Translations under genes and position numbers: made by a program
Shown: piece by piece, positions 15,461-26,093 of the stretch
Layout: the number at the start of each line of letters is the position of its first letter
Numbering within the stretch: position 1 is the first letter of the stretch
IMG/VR virus record: IMGVR_UViG_3300021432_000012
Location: 1 to 51,034 of that record
DNA from: a virus
Lineage: Duplodnaviria; Caudoviricetes
Length of the DNA: 51,034 bases
Direction: 5' to 3' (one strand)
Notes under the pieces: model-generated
What the model saw: only the letters and a program-made list of their open reading frames with translations
Databases searched by the model: none
Told to the model about the DNA's origin: nothing

Positions 15461-15649
15461 ATGATTGAGGCCGTGATATTACTGGAAGTAATTGCTCTAT
15501 CACTCCTAATTGGGCTAGCACTCGCAGTATTAGCTATTTACAAGCTTCTCACTTCAGATATAGACTCGCAAGAGCGCATCATCAATGACAGCCCACCGTT
15601 ATCGCGCATCGTAGTTACCGTCCATCAACAAGATTATGAGGAATCATAA
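15461..15649 (+). CDS. Small membrane protein
   Basis: AGGA RBS; one long hydrophobic segment. Confidence 0.55.
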   Translation: MIEAVILLEVIALSLLIGLALAVLAIYKLLTSDIDSQERIINDSPPLSRIVVTVHQQDYEES

Positions 15650-15787
15650 TGACTGAAGACCAAATCAAATCCCACGAAGATGACTTGCGCGCTCGGATAG
15701 AGTCGCTATTTTCTTACGTCCATCCTGATATTGGGACAAAAGGCTTGTCGCCCACTCAAGTACACCACGTAGGCGAATAGGCACAAA

Positions 15788-16318
15788 TTGAAAAATTCCT
15801 CCTTCACCAAAGACGCATCAAAACTCACTGAGAGGCAAAAACGCTTCGCGGAGGAATACCTCATTGATCTAAACGCTACGGCAGCTTACAAGCGCGCTGG
15901 ATACGCTGGAAAGGGGAATGGTGCTGAGGTCAATGCTTCCAGGCTACTAAGTAATACTAAGGTGCAACAATATGTACAATTTCGCATGGATAAGCGGTCT
16001 GAAGACTTGGGAATTGATGCGAATTATGTCCTTGCGGCTATAAAAAGCACAATGGAGAGGTGCCAGCAAGCCGAGCCAGTTATGGTTTTCAACCATGAAA
16101 CAAAGGCTATGGAGCCTTCTGGTGAGTACAAGTTCGACTCTATGGCCGTACTGAAAGGTGCCGACCTATTAGGTAAGCATCTAAAGATGTTCACTGACAA
16201 GATAGAGCATTCTGGCCCAGATGGTGGCGCGATCCAGATAGCAGCGGTTGATATGACCAAGCTTACAGAGGCCGAATTGGCTGTATTGACGAAAACTCTT
16301 GGAAAGATAGCTGAATAA
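15788..16318 (+). CDS. terS: Terminase small subunit
   Basis: LTERQKRFAEEYLIDLNATAAYKRAGY...ASRLL...LLGKHLKMFTDKIEHSGPDGGAI. Confidence 0.95.
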   Translation: MKNSSFTKDASKLTERQKRFAEEYLIDLNATAAYKRAGYAGKGNGAEVNASRLLSNTKVQQYVQFRMDKRSEDLGIDANYVLAAIKSTMERCQQAEPVMVFNHETKAMEPSGEYKFDSMAVLKGADLLGKHLKMFTDKIEHSGPDGGAIQIAAVDMTKLTEAELAVLTKTLGKIAE

Positions 16319-16414
16319 CAGTGAAGTGGTATTATAAAGTGCCAAAAAAAGCGGGTTTATACCGATAATAGACAATACCAGTTGCATATTAAGCATTAAT
16401 TACCTTCAAAATGC

Positions 16415-18007
16415 ATGATCGACCTAAGCCGCTTCACCAAACGCCAAGCAAAAGAACTTCACGAACTCGCATTGCTTGAGCAAGAGCGACGTCACTGCAA
16501 TAAACTAATCAACTTCGTCGAACGAGCTTGGCCCATTATTGAGCCTACTGAGCCGTTTCAATATAATTGGCATCTTGATGTAATCTGCGACCATCTCGAA
16601 GCGATTACACGCGGAGAGCTTAAGAATCTGCTAATCAACGTTCCGCCAGGCACTATGAAAAGCATCTTGGTCAGCGTCATGTGGCCTGCATGGGAATGGC
16701 GGCTAGACCAATCTCTACGATATTTCTGCGTTTCCTACAGCGAAACTCTGACAATCCGCGATAGTACCAAGGTCCATGACATCATTGAATCTGATTGGTA
16801 TCATAAACTTTGGCCGAAAGTCGCGATCAAAAAGGGCGAAGATCAGAAGACCAAATATGCACTTACCGGGGGTGGTTGGCGCTTGGCTACTTCAATTGGC
16901 GGTCGCGGCACTGGTGAGCATCCTGACCGCAAGATCGTTGATGACCCGAGTAATGTCCTGCAATCCGAATCGGATGTAGAACGCCAAGGAAGTTTAGACT
17001 ATTTCGACCGCACGCTATCTACGCGGGGAGCTTCACGTAACGCTGCTACTGTTGTTGTAATGCAACGTCTCCATGAGAAGGATTTGACCGGTCACATCAT
17101 GGCGCAGGCAGACTACGAGAAGGACTGGTCACATATCTGCTTGGAAATGGAATATGAAAGTGACCGCTCCAGACCATTCATACCGTTCACCGATCCACGA
17201 AAGAATCTCGGCGACTTGCTATGGCCTTCTTTCCTGAACCGAAAAGCAGTCGAAACGATAAAGATGCGGCTTGGAAGTTATGGTACTGCTGGTCAGTTAC
17301 AGCAACAGCCTGCTCCAGAAGGAGGCGGGATACTCAAGGTTGAGAATTTCAAGACTTGGTCGAAAGACACAGAAATCCCTCCATTCTTCTACATACTCCA
17401 ATCGTATGATACGGCATTCACAGATAAAACAAAGAACGACCCTACTGGCTGCTTAGTTCTCGGGCTGTTTCGTCACAAGGGCCGAATCTGCGTGATGATT
17501 CTTGATGCGTGGGACGATTGGCTAACCTACCCAGAATTCCGAGAGAAGATTATTGCTGATTGGTCTGTCCCGTATGGCGGCAATAAAAAGTCTGAAGCTA
17601 ACAAAGCGCGCCGTCCTGATGCGTTACTTATCGAGGAGAAAGGTTCTGGCATTGCCGTCATACAAGAGTTGCGCCTAGCGGGAATCCCGGCTTTGTCTTA
17701 CAATCCAGGTAAGGCAAGCAAGGAACAGCGAGCGCATATTGTCGCCCCTATCGTAGAGCTAGGCATCATTTACGTGCTAGAATCGCAGAAATTGGGCGAA
17801 GAAGGTAAGCCTCGCACTTGGGCGCGGCCTTTCTTGGCGCAGGTAGAAAAGTTTCCAAATGCAGAACATGATGAGTATGTAGATTGTCTGACACAGGCTC
17901 TGATTCTCCTACGTGATAAGGGGATGTTTGACCTACAAGAAGTACCTGAAGACCCAGATATTGAAGTAGACTATCACGCCAAGAAACGCGGAAACCCTTA
18001 CCTATAA
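16415..18007 (+). CDS. terL: Terminase large subunit
   Basis: INVPPGTMKS Walker A, IVDDP, VMQRLH, SYDTA, IEEKGSG, FPNAEHDEYVD. Confidence 0.97.
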   Translation: MIDLSRFTKRQAKELHELALLEQERRHCNKLINFVERAWPIIEPTEPFQYNWHLDVICDHLEAITRGELKNLLINVPPGTMKSILVSVMWPAWEWRLDQSLRYFCVSYSETLTIRDSTKVHDIIESDWYHKLWPKVAIKKGEDQKTKYALTGGGWRLATSIGGRGTGEHPDRKIVDDPSNVLQSESDVERQGSLDYFDRTLSTRGASRNAATVVVMQRLHEKDLTGHIMAQADYEKDWSHICLEMEYESDRSRPFIPFTDPRKNLGDLLWPSFLNRKAVETIKMRLGSYGTAGQLQQQPAPEGGGILKVENFKTWSKDTEIPPFFYILQSYDTAFTDKTKNDPTGCLVLGLFRHKGRICVMILDAWDDWLTYPEFREKIIADWSVPYGGNKKSEANKARRPDALLIEEKGSGIAVIQELRLAGIPALSYNPGKASKEQRAHIVAPIVELGIIYVLESQKLGEEGKPRTWARPFLAQVEKFPNAEHDEYVDCLTQALILLRDKGMFDLQEVPEDPDIEVDYHAKKRGNPYL

Positions 18008-18013
18008 AGCAAA

Positions 18014-20779
18014 ATGGCTATACTACCCATCGAACAGGAATACGGCAGGCACATTGATCCTATCGTGGATGGGGAAGACGAATCGCCCGATCTACCAGAT
18101 TTGCCTAGTATGACCCAGAATCCTGATGGGTCTATTGATTTTCACGATGATGATGAAGATCAAGAAGAAAGTGGATTTCTTGATAATTTGGCAGAAATCT
18201 TAGAAGATGGCGAACTTCGTGCCATTGCCAGTGATCTTCTGGAAAAGATCGAGATTGACCGTGGAGCGCGTGAGGCACGGGACAAACAATACGCCGAGGG
18301 AATCAAACGTACGGGATTGGGTAGTGAGGCTCCAGGTGGCGCAGACTTCGAAGGCGCTAGCAAAGCTGTTCATCCGGTACTGGCTGAAGGTTGCGTAGAT
18401 TTCGCCGCTCGTGCCATCAAAGAGATTTACCCTCCTTCCGGGGCTTGCAAAACTCAGATAATCGGCAAAGTTACTGATGAAAAACTGGCGAAGGCTGAGC
18501 GCAAGAAGCAGTACATGAACTGGCAATTGACGACACAGATTGCCGAATATAGAGATGAAAAAGAGCAGGAACTGACGCAATTGCCGCTCGGTGGATCGCA
18601 GTACATGAAATGGTACTATGATCCAGTTCAGAGGCGTCCACGCGTCGAATTCATCCCAATCGACCATTTTCTCCTACCATTCTCTGTCACGCACTTCTAT
18701 TCGGCGCATCGTGCCACGCATCAGCAATTAATCAGCCGTCAGACGTTCGAGAAACGCATCGAGTCTGGTTTATATCTCGATGTGAGATATACCGATCCGG
18801 GTCAAGATGATTTAGAGACTAAGGCGCAGAAAGCAAGCAACAAGATTGAGGGCAAGGAAGAACTATTCTACAACGAGGACGGTCTGCGCACGGTCTATGA
18901 AATTTATGTCGATTATGATATCAGCGTAGAAAAAGGCGTACGACCATACATCATCAGCATTGATGAAGCAACAAGCGAAGTGCTGGCGATTTACCGAAAT
19001 TGGGATGAGGAAGACGAAAGCCACAAGAAACTTGATTGGGTGGTCGAAGATAAGTTCATTCCTTGGCGCGGGGCATACGGAATAGGATTGCCGCACTTAA
19101 TCGGGTCACTCGCTGGCGCATTGACTGGTGCGCTGCGTGCATTGCTGGATTCGGCACATATCAATACTTCCCCATCACTGGTTAAGCTGAAGGGTGGCCG
19201 TAATGCCGGAGAATCCATCTCTATTGATCCTGGCACGATAGCAGAACTAGAAGGGGTTGCCGGTGTAGATGACATTCGCAAGATGATTATGCCGATGCCA
19301 TACAACCAACCTTCTCCTGTCCTGTTCCAGTTGCTCGACTGGATCACGAATCAGGCTAAAGGAGTGGTCGGCACCGCGGAGGAACGCATTGCCGACGCTG
19401 GCAATAATATGCCAATGGGGACAGCACTTGCGCTTATTGAACAGGGTAGCGTTACTTATTCGGCGATTCATGGACGGCTGCACGCGGCTCAGAAAAAATC
19501 CTTGGAAATATTGCACCGAATCAATTCAAAGTTTCTTGATGACGAAGAAACTATAGAAGAACTTGGGGATTTGATTGTTAGGCGCGAAGATTTTCAAGGG
19601 CCAATGGATATCATCCCGGTATCTGATCCTAACATCTTCAGTGATGCACAGAGATACGCGCAGTTGCAAGCTGTCATGCAATTGGCCGATAAATACCCGC
19701 AACTTTATGACGAAGGCGAACTGAACAAGCGCGCTCTTGCGCTCCTGAACTATCCAAACGCTGAAGATATCCTAAAGACATCGCCAGATGCGCAAGAGCT
19801 TGACCCGATCATGGAGAACTACACAGCAGCAGAAGGAAAGCAGCCACTGAAGGTATATGACGATCAGGACGATTTGACTCACATGATGACACATTTGCAC
19901 TTCATGACAAGCCCAATATTCGCCCAAAATCCTATGATGAATGGCGTAATTGGGCCTTTGATGGCGCATGTTAAAGATCACTTCTTGGCTTTCTATAAAA
20001 AAGAAGCGCAAGCCGCTGTCGCTGCTACCGCGCAAGTTACGGGTACTTCAGAGGACCAAGCGCATTCGGTTGCATCTGGAGTGGGCGATGCCGTGATGGC
20101 GCAGAAGCTAGCACCAGTCATGCAAATGATGCAGCAGGTTCAGCAGTATCAACAGCAGAATCCCCCTTCTCCACCTCCGCTTGATCCGCAGTCTCAGGTC
20201 GCATTGCAGTTAGGCCAAGCAAAGATTCAGGCGCAAACCCAACAAGACCAAGCTGTCTTGGCTCAGGAAGGCCAATTAGCGCAAGCGAAGATGCAGGCAG
20301 AAGCACAAGAGAAACAGGCACAGATGGCTTTCGACCAGCAAGTGCAACAAGCACAAAGCCAGAAGGACATGATAGAAGCGCAACAAAATGCTCGTGATGC
20401 TGAACTAGCCGCACAAACTGAGGCTGTGAATGCTCACATCAAAGCGCAGACCGATTTGCAAATGAATGAGCAGGATAACCGGACGGCGATGCTTATCGAA
20501 ACGATGAAAGAGCAGCAGCAAGCGCAGATTGAACAGAATAATCATGTGCGTGACATGTTATCAATGATTAAAGATCAGGGAACGCCTAATATTGACTTGA
20601 CTCCGATCAAGGAAATGATGAGCGACCATGTGAATGCGTTGAACAACATGATGGGCCATATCAAAGACCTTGGTGCGCATCACGTTGAAATGCAAATTGC
20701 AATGCAGAAATTGAGCAAGCCTAAACGCGTTATCAGGGATGCAAATGGCGATATTGTTGGATTACACACTGAGGATTAA
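18014..20779 (+). CDS. Portal protein with long Q-rich C-terminal coiled coil
   Basis: Position after terL; GASKAVHPVLAE, PWRGAYGIGL, IIPVSDPNIFS motifs. Confidence 0.9.
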   Translation: MAILPIEQEYGRHIDPIVDGEDESPDLPDLPSMTQNPDGSIDFHDDDEDQEESGFLDNLAEILEDGELRAIASDLLEKIEIDRGAREARDKQYAEGIKRTGLGSEAPGGADFEGASKAVHPVLAEGCVDFAARAIKEIYPPSGACKTQIIGKVTDEKLAKAERKKQYMNWQLTTQIAEYRDEKEQELTQLPLGGSQYMKWYYDPVQRRPRVEFIPIDHFLLPFSVTHFYSAHRATHQQLISRQTFEKRIESGLYLDVRYTDPGQDDLETKAQKASNKIEGKEELFYNEDGLRTVYEIYVDYDISVEKGVRPYIISIDEATSEVLAIYRNWDEEDESHKKLDWVVEDKFIPWRGAYGIGLPHLIGSLAGALTGALRALLDSAHINTSPSLVKLKGGRNAGESISIDPGTIAELEGVAGVDDIRKMIMPMPYNQPSPVLFQLLDWITNQAKGVVGTAEERIADAGNNMPMGTALALIEQGSVTYSAIHGRLHAAQKKSLEILHRINSKFLDDEETIEELGDLIVRREDFQGPMDIIPVSDPNIFSDAQRYAQLQAVMQLADKYPQLYDEGELNKRALALLNYPNAEDILKTSPDAQELDPIMENYTAAEGKQPLKVYDDQDDLTHMMTHLHFMTSPIFAQNPMMNGVIGPLMAHVKDHFLAFYKKEAQAAVAATAQVTGTSEDQAHSVASGVGDAVMAQKLAPVMQMMQQVQQYQQQNPPSPPPLDPQSQVALQLGQAKIQAQTQQDQAVLAQEGQLAQAKMQAEAQEKQAQMAFDQQVQQAQSQKDMIEAQQNARDAELAAQTEAVNAHIKAQTDLQMNEQDNRTAMLIETMKEQQQAQIEQNNHVRDMLSMIKDQGTPNIDLTPIKEMMSDHVNALNNMMGHIKDLGAHHVEMQIAMQKLSKPKRVIRDANGDIVGLHTED

Positions 20780-20781
20780 TC

Positions 20782-21219
20782 ATGTCTGGATACAAAGGAA
20801 ACACATGGGCGAATAACTTGCAGAAGCTGACGTTCAATGCGACGGCTATCGCCAACATTGCCGACAACGCTGCTACCTCGCCATTGACGAATCTATACCT
20901 TTCTCTGCATACTGCTGATCCTGCATCAAGCGGTAATCAGGGGACTAACGAAACGGTCTATACGAACTATGTCAGACTGGCAGTTGCGCGAACTTCTGGC
21001 GGTTGGACGGTATCAACAAATTCCAGCACGAACGCGGCTACTGCGGCTTTTGCGCAATGCGGCGCGACCGGCGCGACGATTACGCATGTGGGTATCGGTA
21101 CGGCTTCTAGCGGGGCAGGCATTCTTCTGTACGCGGGGCCGCTCACATCCTCCTTGATCGTGAACAATGGCATTACTCCACAGTTTGCGGCATCTGGGCT
21201 GACTGTTACTGAATCTTAA
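20782..21219 (+). CDS. Virion structural (fibre-associated) protein
   Basis: LYLSLHTADP...ETVYTNYVR...ITHVGI...LLYAG...TPQFA family. Confidence 0.75.
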   Translation: MSGYKGNTWANNLQKLTFNATAIANIADNAATSPLTNLYLSLHTADPASSGNQGTNETVYTNYVRLAVARTSGGWTVSTNSSTNAATAAFAQCGATGATITHVGIGTASSGAGILLYAGPLTSSLIVNNGITPQFAASGLTVTES

Positions 21220-21221
21220 TC

Positions 21222-21674
21222 GTGAATACTATGTCAATAACTCCAGCACAATTATCCACATTTAAGACGGACATTCAGAGTAATGCTGGCGTAACAGCTT
21301 TGCTTGCTGCAAAGAATTACACAGGAATTGCGGCGTTTTATAACGGAGCAGGTACTGGTAGTGTGTGGAATCCTAGTCTGACAATAGCTCAGATAATGAC
21401 AGCTATTGTCTGGTCTGAATTCATTGCTTTAACAACTGCAAAGATGACTGCATTCCAAGTAATGACGGCTAATGGACAAATTGATGCCACAAGCGCAAAT
21501 ATTAGAAATGGGTTTTCTACAATATTCGCGGCAACTACGACATTGACGAATTTGACAGCAATCGCTTCTAAAACTCCGACTGTCTTTGAGGCTTTGTATG
21601 CATCTGCCAATGTGACGCCGGTCTATGGGTATGTTGTCCAGTTGCAAGATGTCTATAATGCGCTAGGGGTATAA
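21222..21674 (+). CDS. Putative virion structural protein
   Basis: Operon context; Thr/Ala-rich. Confidence 0.65.
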   Translation: MNTMSITPAQLSTFKTDIQSNAGVTALLAAKNYTGIAAFYNGAGTGSVWNPSLTIAQIMTAIVWSEFIALTTAKMTAFQVMTANGQIDATSANIRNGFSTIFAATTTLTNLTAIASKTPTVFEALYASANVTPVYGYVVQLQDVYNALGV

Positions 21675-21675
21675 G

Positions 21676-22155
21676 ATGACCACTAATTTTAAAGAGGCAC
21701 TAAATACCCAGAGTACATTGACGATCACTCTCGCTAGTTTGGCTGCGTCGGCGACTGCCGGGAGGCAATCTACTTTGGTGGATAACCGCACGAACTTATT
21801 CCAAGGCGCGCAGATCATGGTCAAATTTAAGACCGGGGCATCTGGCGTATCTGCTACCGGAACAGTAGTAATTTATGCAATCGGCTCTATGGATGGAGGA
21901 ACGACTGTCACTGATGGTGGTGGAGCTTCAGATGCTGCACTCACGCGGGTGAATGCGATTCCTATTGCAACAATGAACTGTACTGCGAATGCTACTACCT
22001 ATATCGGCGGTCCTTATGAAGTCGGCCCATCATTCGGCGGTGAATTGCCTGGTGAATGGGGAATTTTGCTTGTCAATAATACAGGCAGCACATCTGATAC
22101 GACGGCTGGTAATTTTTCTGTTCAATACCAAGAGTTCTACACTACTGGCGCTTAA
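21676..22155 (+). CDS. Putative beta-sandwich virion protein
   Basis: Context; FGGELP..WGI..VN.TG. Confidence 0.65.
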   Translation: MTTNFKEALNTQSTLTITLASLAASATAGRQSTLVDNRTNLFQGAQIMVKFKTGASGVSATGTVVIYAIGSMDGGTTVTDGGGASDAALTRVNAIPIATMNCTANATTYIGGPYEVGPSFGGELPGEWGILLVNNTGSTSDTTAGNFSVQYQEFYTTGA

Positions 22156-22158
22156 CCA

Positions 22159-23613
22159 ATGAAAGCGCTACGTACGTCGCAACCCGGTCAACCTGCGTTT
22201 CTTGATCTCACCAATCGCTATACACGTGGCATTCTATCAGCTTGGACGAATAATTGGATAGCCACGCCTGGCAGGATTGATCCGGCAAAGCTAGGTACTT
22301 CTGTTGCTGGCCCGTTTGGGCAGGCTAGTTCATGTAACGGCACGAGTGATGTTATTACACTTCCTGCCGGATCGCTTTCGCATGGTGGTGCTTGTACAAA
22401 ATTTGCTTTCCTAAAAATAGGAGCAGCTACTAGCACGCATTGTATTTCCGGATCAGGAAACAGCACTGTTGCTTGGCGCACTAACGTAGCCGCAATTGAT
22501 ATTGTCAATGTAGGCGTACAGGTATGCGGAAGCTTTGCTGGCGTAGTTTCAGCAAATGAGGTTTGCACACTTGCTTTTGTGGTTGGTGGAACTGGAGTTA
22601 CGGGCGACCCTATTAGTTTATATAAAAATGGTATCTTATTTGGGTCTTCAACATTAACAGTCTCCCTTCCATCTGGAGCAGGAACTCCTCAATTAGGAAG
22701 TAATGGCGCAGCAGGCCAATTTTGGGACGGCTCAATTGCGTTTCATGCTGATTTTAGCGTCGCACTTACCGCATCTGAAATTCTTGCATTGCACACAAAT
22801 GCATGGCAGGTATTTTATCAAAAGAGCAGACGTCAAAGCATTATCGTCCCGGCATCTACTGGAAGCACTGCAACAATCGCAGGGACTAGTACATTAGCAG
22901 GAACATTGGTCGGTATCGGTGCACTTTCTGCAAATATCGATTGCACATCTACACTAGCGGGAACGCTGACTGGAATTGCCGCTGCCATCGCCACAATCGG
23001 CACTACGTCATCAGTTAGTGGGACTTTGACAGGAATTGGCGCGCTTGCAATGTCAATTGGTGGTCTAAGTTCAGTCGCAGCAACATTAACCGGCATTGGG
23101 CAGTTAAATGCGACCATTGGCGCAAGTTCATCTGTCAATGCTGTCCTTGGAACTGGCAGCCAGATGGCGACTATTGCCGCTACTTCTACAGTCGCCGCTA
23201 CAATGTCAGGGTCTGGAGCTTTCACCGGACAGATAGATAATACATCCTCTGTCAGTGCGACATTATCAGCTGGTGGAACTGCACAAAGTGGAGTCACACG
23301 TGCGTTTGCGATTGAATACTACACAAAACTGATTGAAGAAAAGAATAAGAAGGAAGAAAAGAAGGTAACAGAGAAGAAGTTCAAGAAGCGCAAGCCATTA
23401 TATGAAATTGATGATGAAGAAGACGATGATTATGTGCCGCCTTCTTACGTTTTTACGCCTAGAAAGCGTGTTGATATTAACATTACAGCGATGATTGCAG
23501 ATATAATGCGCATTGGACATCCTGTAAATCAATATGGTTTTCGTCCGCAACGTTCACCGCAAGCGAGAATGCGCAACAAGCGCGATGAAGAAGCGCTATT
23601 GATGTTATTTTAG
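22159..23613 (+). CDS. Fibre-like protein: LamG-like head, beta-repeat shaft, charged C-terminus
   Basis: LYKNG...FWDGSIA...ALTASEI..L; repeated ATI.GTS.L.GTL.G; ends RDEEALLMLF. Confidence 0.7.
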   Translation: MKALRTSQPGQPAFLDLTNRYTRGILSAWTNNWIATPGRIDPAKLGTSVAGPFGQASSCNGTSDVITLPAGSLSHGGACTKFAFLKIGAATSTHCISGSGNSTVAWRTNVAAIDIVNVGVQVCGSFAGVVSANEVCTLAFVVGGTGVTGDPISLYKNGILFGSSTLTVSLPSGAGTPQLGSNGAAGQFWDGSIAFHADFSVALTASEILALHTNAWQVFYQKSRRQSIIVPASTGSTATIAGTSTLAGTLVGIGALSANIDCTSTLAGTLTGIAAAIATIGTTSSVSGTLTGIGALAMSIGGLSSVAATLTGIGQLNATIGASSSVNAVLGTGSQMATIAATSTVAATMSGSGAFTGQIDNTSSVSATLSAGGTAQSGVTRAFAIEYYTKLIEEKNKKEEKKVTEKKFKKRKPLYEIDDEEDDDYVPPSYVFTPRKRVDINITAMIADIMRIGHPVNQYGFRPQRSPQARMRNKRDEEALLMLF

Positions 23614-23623
23614 GAGAAATAGA

Positions 23624-23899
23624 ATGGCAACTCAAAGGCAACATTACACTTATGCCACTACTGGAAAAGTAGAAGGTATAAAGAAAAGTCCTACGCGTGA
23701 TGGTGGCGAAGACAGCATGAAAAAAGGTGGTCTTGTACGAGAAAAAGAAACAGGCAAGAAGGTTAACAAAAGCGGAGTTGTCCATAAAAAAGAAGGCGGC
23801 ATGATTAAGGGTCTTCCAGAAAGCCCCATTACTGTCGCAAAACGTGACAATGGCATTCCAGGTTACAAGCATGGCGGCAAGGTAAGAAGCAAAAAATGA
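23624..23899 (+). CDS. Small basic protein with three xKxGGx[VI] motifs
   Basis: MKKGGLV, KKEGGMI, YKHGGKV. Confidence 0.75.
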   Translation: MATQRQHYTYATTGKVEGIKKSPTRDGGEDSMKKGGLVREKETGKKVNKSGVVHKKEGGMIKGLPESPITVAKRDNGIPGYKHGGKVRSKK

Positions 23900-24084
23900 T
23901 TGCTCAATTAGAAAAGGCTCTCCTTAGGCTTCACGAAAAACGTGAGGAATTAGGGAAAAGCGTTTTCGATACACCGCCAGCCAATATGGAGCAGTTCAAT
24001 AAATTGCTCGGTCAGTATCTTGGATTGGGTGAGGCACTCGCGGAAATTGATTTTATTTTGAAGGGGATTGAAAATGAAATTTAA
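23896..24084 (+). CDS. Conserved small head-module protein
   Basis: EQFNKLLGQYLGL..A motif, typical upstream of phage groES. Confidence 0.7.
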   Translation: MIAQLEKALLRLHEKREELGKSVFDTPPANMEQFNKLLGQYLGLGEALAEIDFILKGIENEI

Positions 24085-24316
24085 AGTAACTTACCCATCC
24101 GGTGTTGTAGAGGAATGTGAGCACTCAGATGATAACCAAACCATAGCAGGTTTCATCAATGCGAAGTTCGGGTCTGTTGATCCTGCGGAACATGGCGTCA
24201 CAGTCGAAGAAATAAGCGAGTCTCCTACTGTAACCGAAGCCACGCCAGAAGTTGTCCCAACAATCGTCAATATGACGGCTACTGTAACCGCAGTATCTCA
24301 AGCGAGCGGAGGATAA
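24068..24316 (+). CDS. Hypothetical protein
   Basis: ORF in operon. Confidence 0.6.
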   Translation: MKMKFKVTYPSGVVEECEHSDDNQTIAGFINAKFGSVDPAEHGVTVEEISESPTVTEATPEVVPTIVNMTATVTAVSQASGG

Positions 24317-24318
24317 TC

Positions 24319-24495
24319 ATGGCTACGAAATGGATACAAGGTGCAATAAAAAAACCTGGCGCTTTACGTAAAGAATTGGGCGTTAAAGCTGGTGAAAAAA
24401 TCCCAGCAAAGAAACTCGAAAAAGCCGCAGAAAAAGGCGGCAAAGAAGGTAAGCGCGCAAGACTCGCTGAAACTCTCAAAGGATTCAAGAAATAA
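24319..24495 (+). CDS. Small basic phage protein
   Basis: MATKWIQGAIKKPGALRKELGVKAGEKIPAKKL...KRARLAETLK (translated by hand); GGAGG RBS. Confidence 0.85.
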   Translation: MATKWIQGAIKKPGALRKELGVKAGEKIPAKKLEKAAEKGGKEGKRARLAETLKGFKK

Positions 24496-24498
24496 TCG

Positions 24499-24519
24499 AA
24501 AGCGCTACGGCGCTTTTTT
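24499..24519 (+). terminator. Rho-independent terminator
   Basis: aaagcgc-tacg-gcgcttt followed by a T-run. Confidence 0.75.
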
Positions 24520-24647
24520 ATTACAAATATATATTGCGCACAACTTGATTGTTCATATTAAAGTTTAGTGCAATGCAATTGGCAGTAATCAAATTTATTG
24601 CGATTAAATTGCGAAAGTTTTATTGTAGTGCCACAAGGAGAAGACGA

Positions 24648-25127
24648 ATGTCTGCTGAATTAGTAATGCCAACATCTACCGATCTGCAAAAATATGCCGA
24701 TGTCAAGCCAGTCGTAAGGACTGACCCTATTCCACTTGATTGGTATTTCCCGAAACTTGATCCAGGCCGCAGACCATTGGGAGCTCGCGTTATTGTCCAA
24801 TTGCGCCGCACTAAAAAGACTTCCAAGGGTGGGATCATCCTGCAACATGAGACAAAAGTCACTGAGAAATGGAATGACCAAGTGGCTATGGTCGTTGCAC
24901 TTGGGCCGATTGCTTTCCGCAATCGGGAAACAATGGCTGAATGGCCCGAGGGAATTTGGACATCTCCAGGTAAATTTGTCAGTGTCCCGCGATGGGGTGG
25001 TGATCGGTGGGAGAAGAAAGTAGAAGGGGAAGAAGAAGAAGTAACCTTTGTAACTTTCAATGACCATGAACTTATTTCGGAAATTACCGAAGACCCGCGC
25101 AATGTCAACGCTTACATTTTGGAGTAG
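24648..25127 (+). CDS. groES: Phage co-chaperonin GroES
   Basis: PLGARVIVQ...TSKGGIIL...VVALGP...NDHELI; AAGGAG RBS before ATG 24648. Confidence 0.88.
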   Translation: MSAELVMPTSTDLQKYADVKPVVRTDPIPLDWYFPKLDPGRRPLGARVIVQLRRTKKTSKGGIILQHETKVTEKWNDQVAMVVALGPIAFRNRETMAEWPEGIWTSPGKFVSVPRWGGDRWEKKVEGEEEEVTFVTFNDHELISEITEDPRNVNAYILE

Positions 25128-25130
25128 AAA

Positions 25131-26075
25131 ATGAGCAACCAAACTGAACATGAAGAAGACTACGAATTAGACGAAGAACTTGACGAACATCATGAGGATG
25201 AAAACCATGATGGCGAAGAGAAGAAAGAGGATGACAATCCTGATGAACAGGAACATGATGAACGAACTGGCGATCACGATGAAGAACGTGAGGCTATTCA
25301 GGCCCGTCGCCGCAAGGAACGTCAAGATAGAAAACAACGACGCAAGGAATATGAGGATGGTCTAAAGCGGGAGATAGCCGCTGCTAGGCAACAGAACCAA
25401 ATCCTTGAGGAACGTCTAGCATCGGTCGAGAAAAAAACTACCTCCAGTGAGTTGATGCAGCTTGACCAAGCAATCAGCGAACTAAACAATCAGGCTCTTT
25501 TTTACAAGAATCAAGTTGCGGACGCTAGTACTCGCCAAGATGGCATGGCAGTAGCAGATGCGACAGAGCGCATGATCGAAGCCCGTAATAAAGCTGTTCA
25601 GCTTCAAACTATCAAGCAGAACTACAGTAAGCAGCAAGTCAATCAGCCGCGAGGATTGGATACTCGTGCTCAAGAGCTTGGGCAAAGATGGCTTTCTAGT
25701 AATACTTGGCTGAATATGCATAATACTGATGCCGATACGCAGTTGGTGAAAGATATTGATAACCAAATTGCAAAAGAAGGTTTTGTGCCTTCTACGGAGG
25801 CTTATTGGGACGAACTTACTGCGCGTGTCAATAAATATTTGCCACATAAAGCAAATGGGAATAGAATGCAAAGCAGCAACAATAAAGAAAGCCGCAACAA
25901 AACGGTTGTTACTGGTTCCGGGCGTGAGTCTTCGTCGAGTGGAACCAATACATTCCGGTTGTCCCCTGATAGGGCGAAGGCTTTGGCAGACGCCGGATAC
26001 GAACCCGGTACACCAGAGTACGCAAAAATGGTTAAAAGGTATCGTGCTTACGATACGGATAACCGTAAAAACTAA
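25131..26075 (+). CDS. Capsid scaffolding protein
   Basis: Acidic N-terminus, long coiled coil, W...N.W and YWDEL..R motifs; position. Confidence 0.8.
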   Translation: MSNQTEHEEDYELDEELDEHHEDENHDGEEKKEDDNPDEQEHDERTGDHDEEREAIQARRRKERQDRKQRRKEYEDGLKREIAAARQQNQILEERLASVEKKTTSSELMQLDQAISELNNQALFYKNQVADASTRQDGMAVADATERMIEARNKAVQLQTIKQNYSKQQVNQPRGLDTRAQELGQRWLSSNTWLNMHNTDADTQLVKDIDNQIAKEGFVPSTEAYWDELTARVNKYLPHKANGNRMQSSNNKESRNKTVVTGSGRESSSSGTNTFRLSPDRAKALADAGYEPGTPEYAKMVKRYRAYDTDNRKN

Positions 26076-26093
26076 TCAGGAAGGATAACGACC

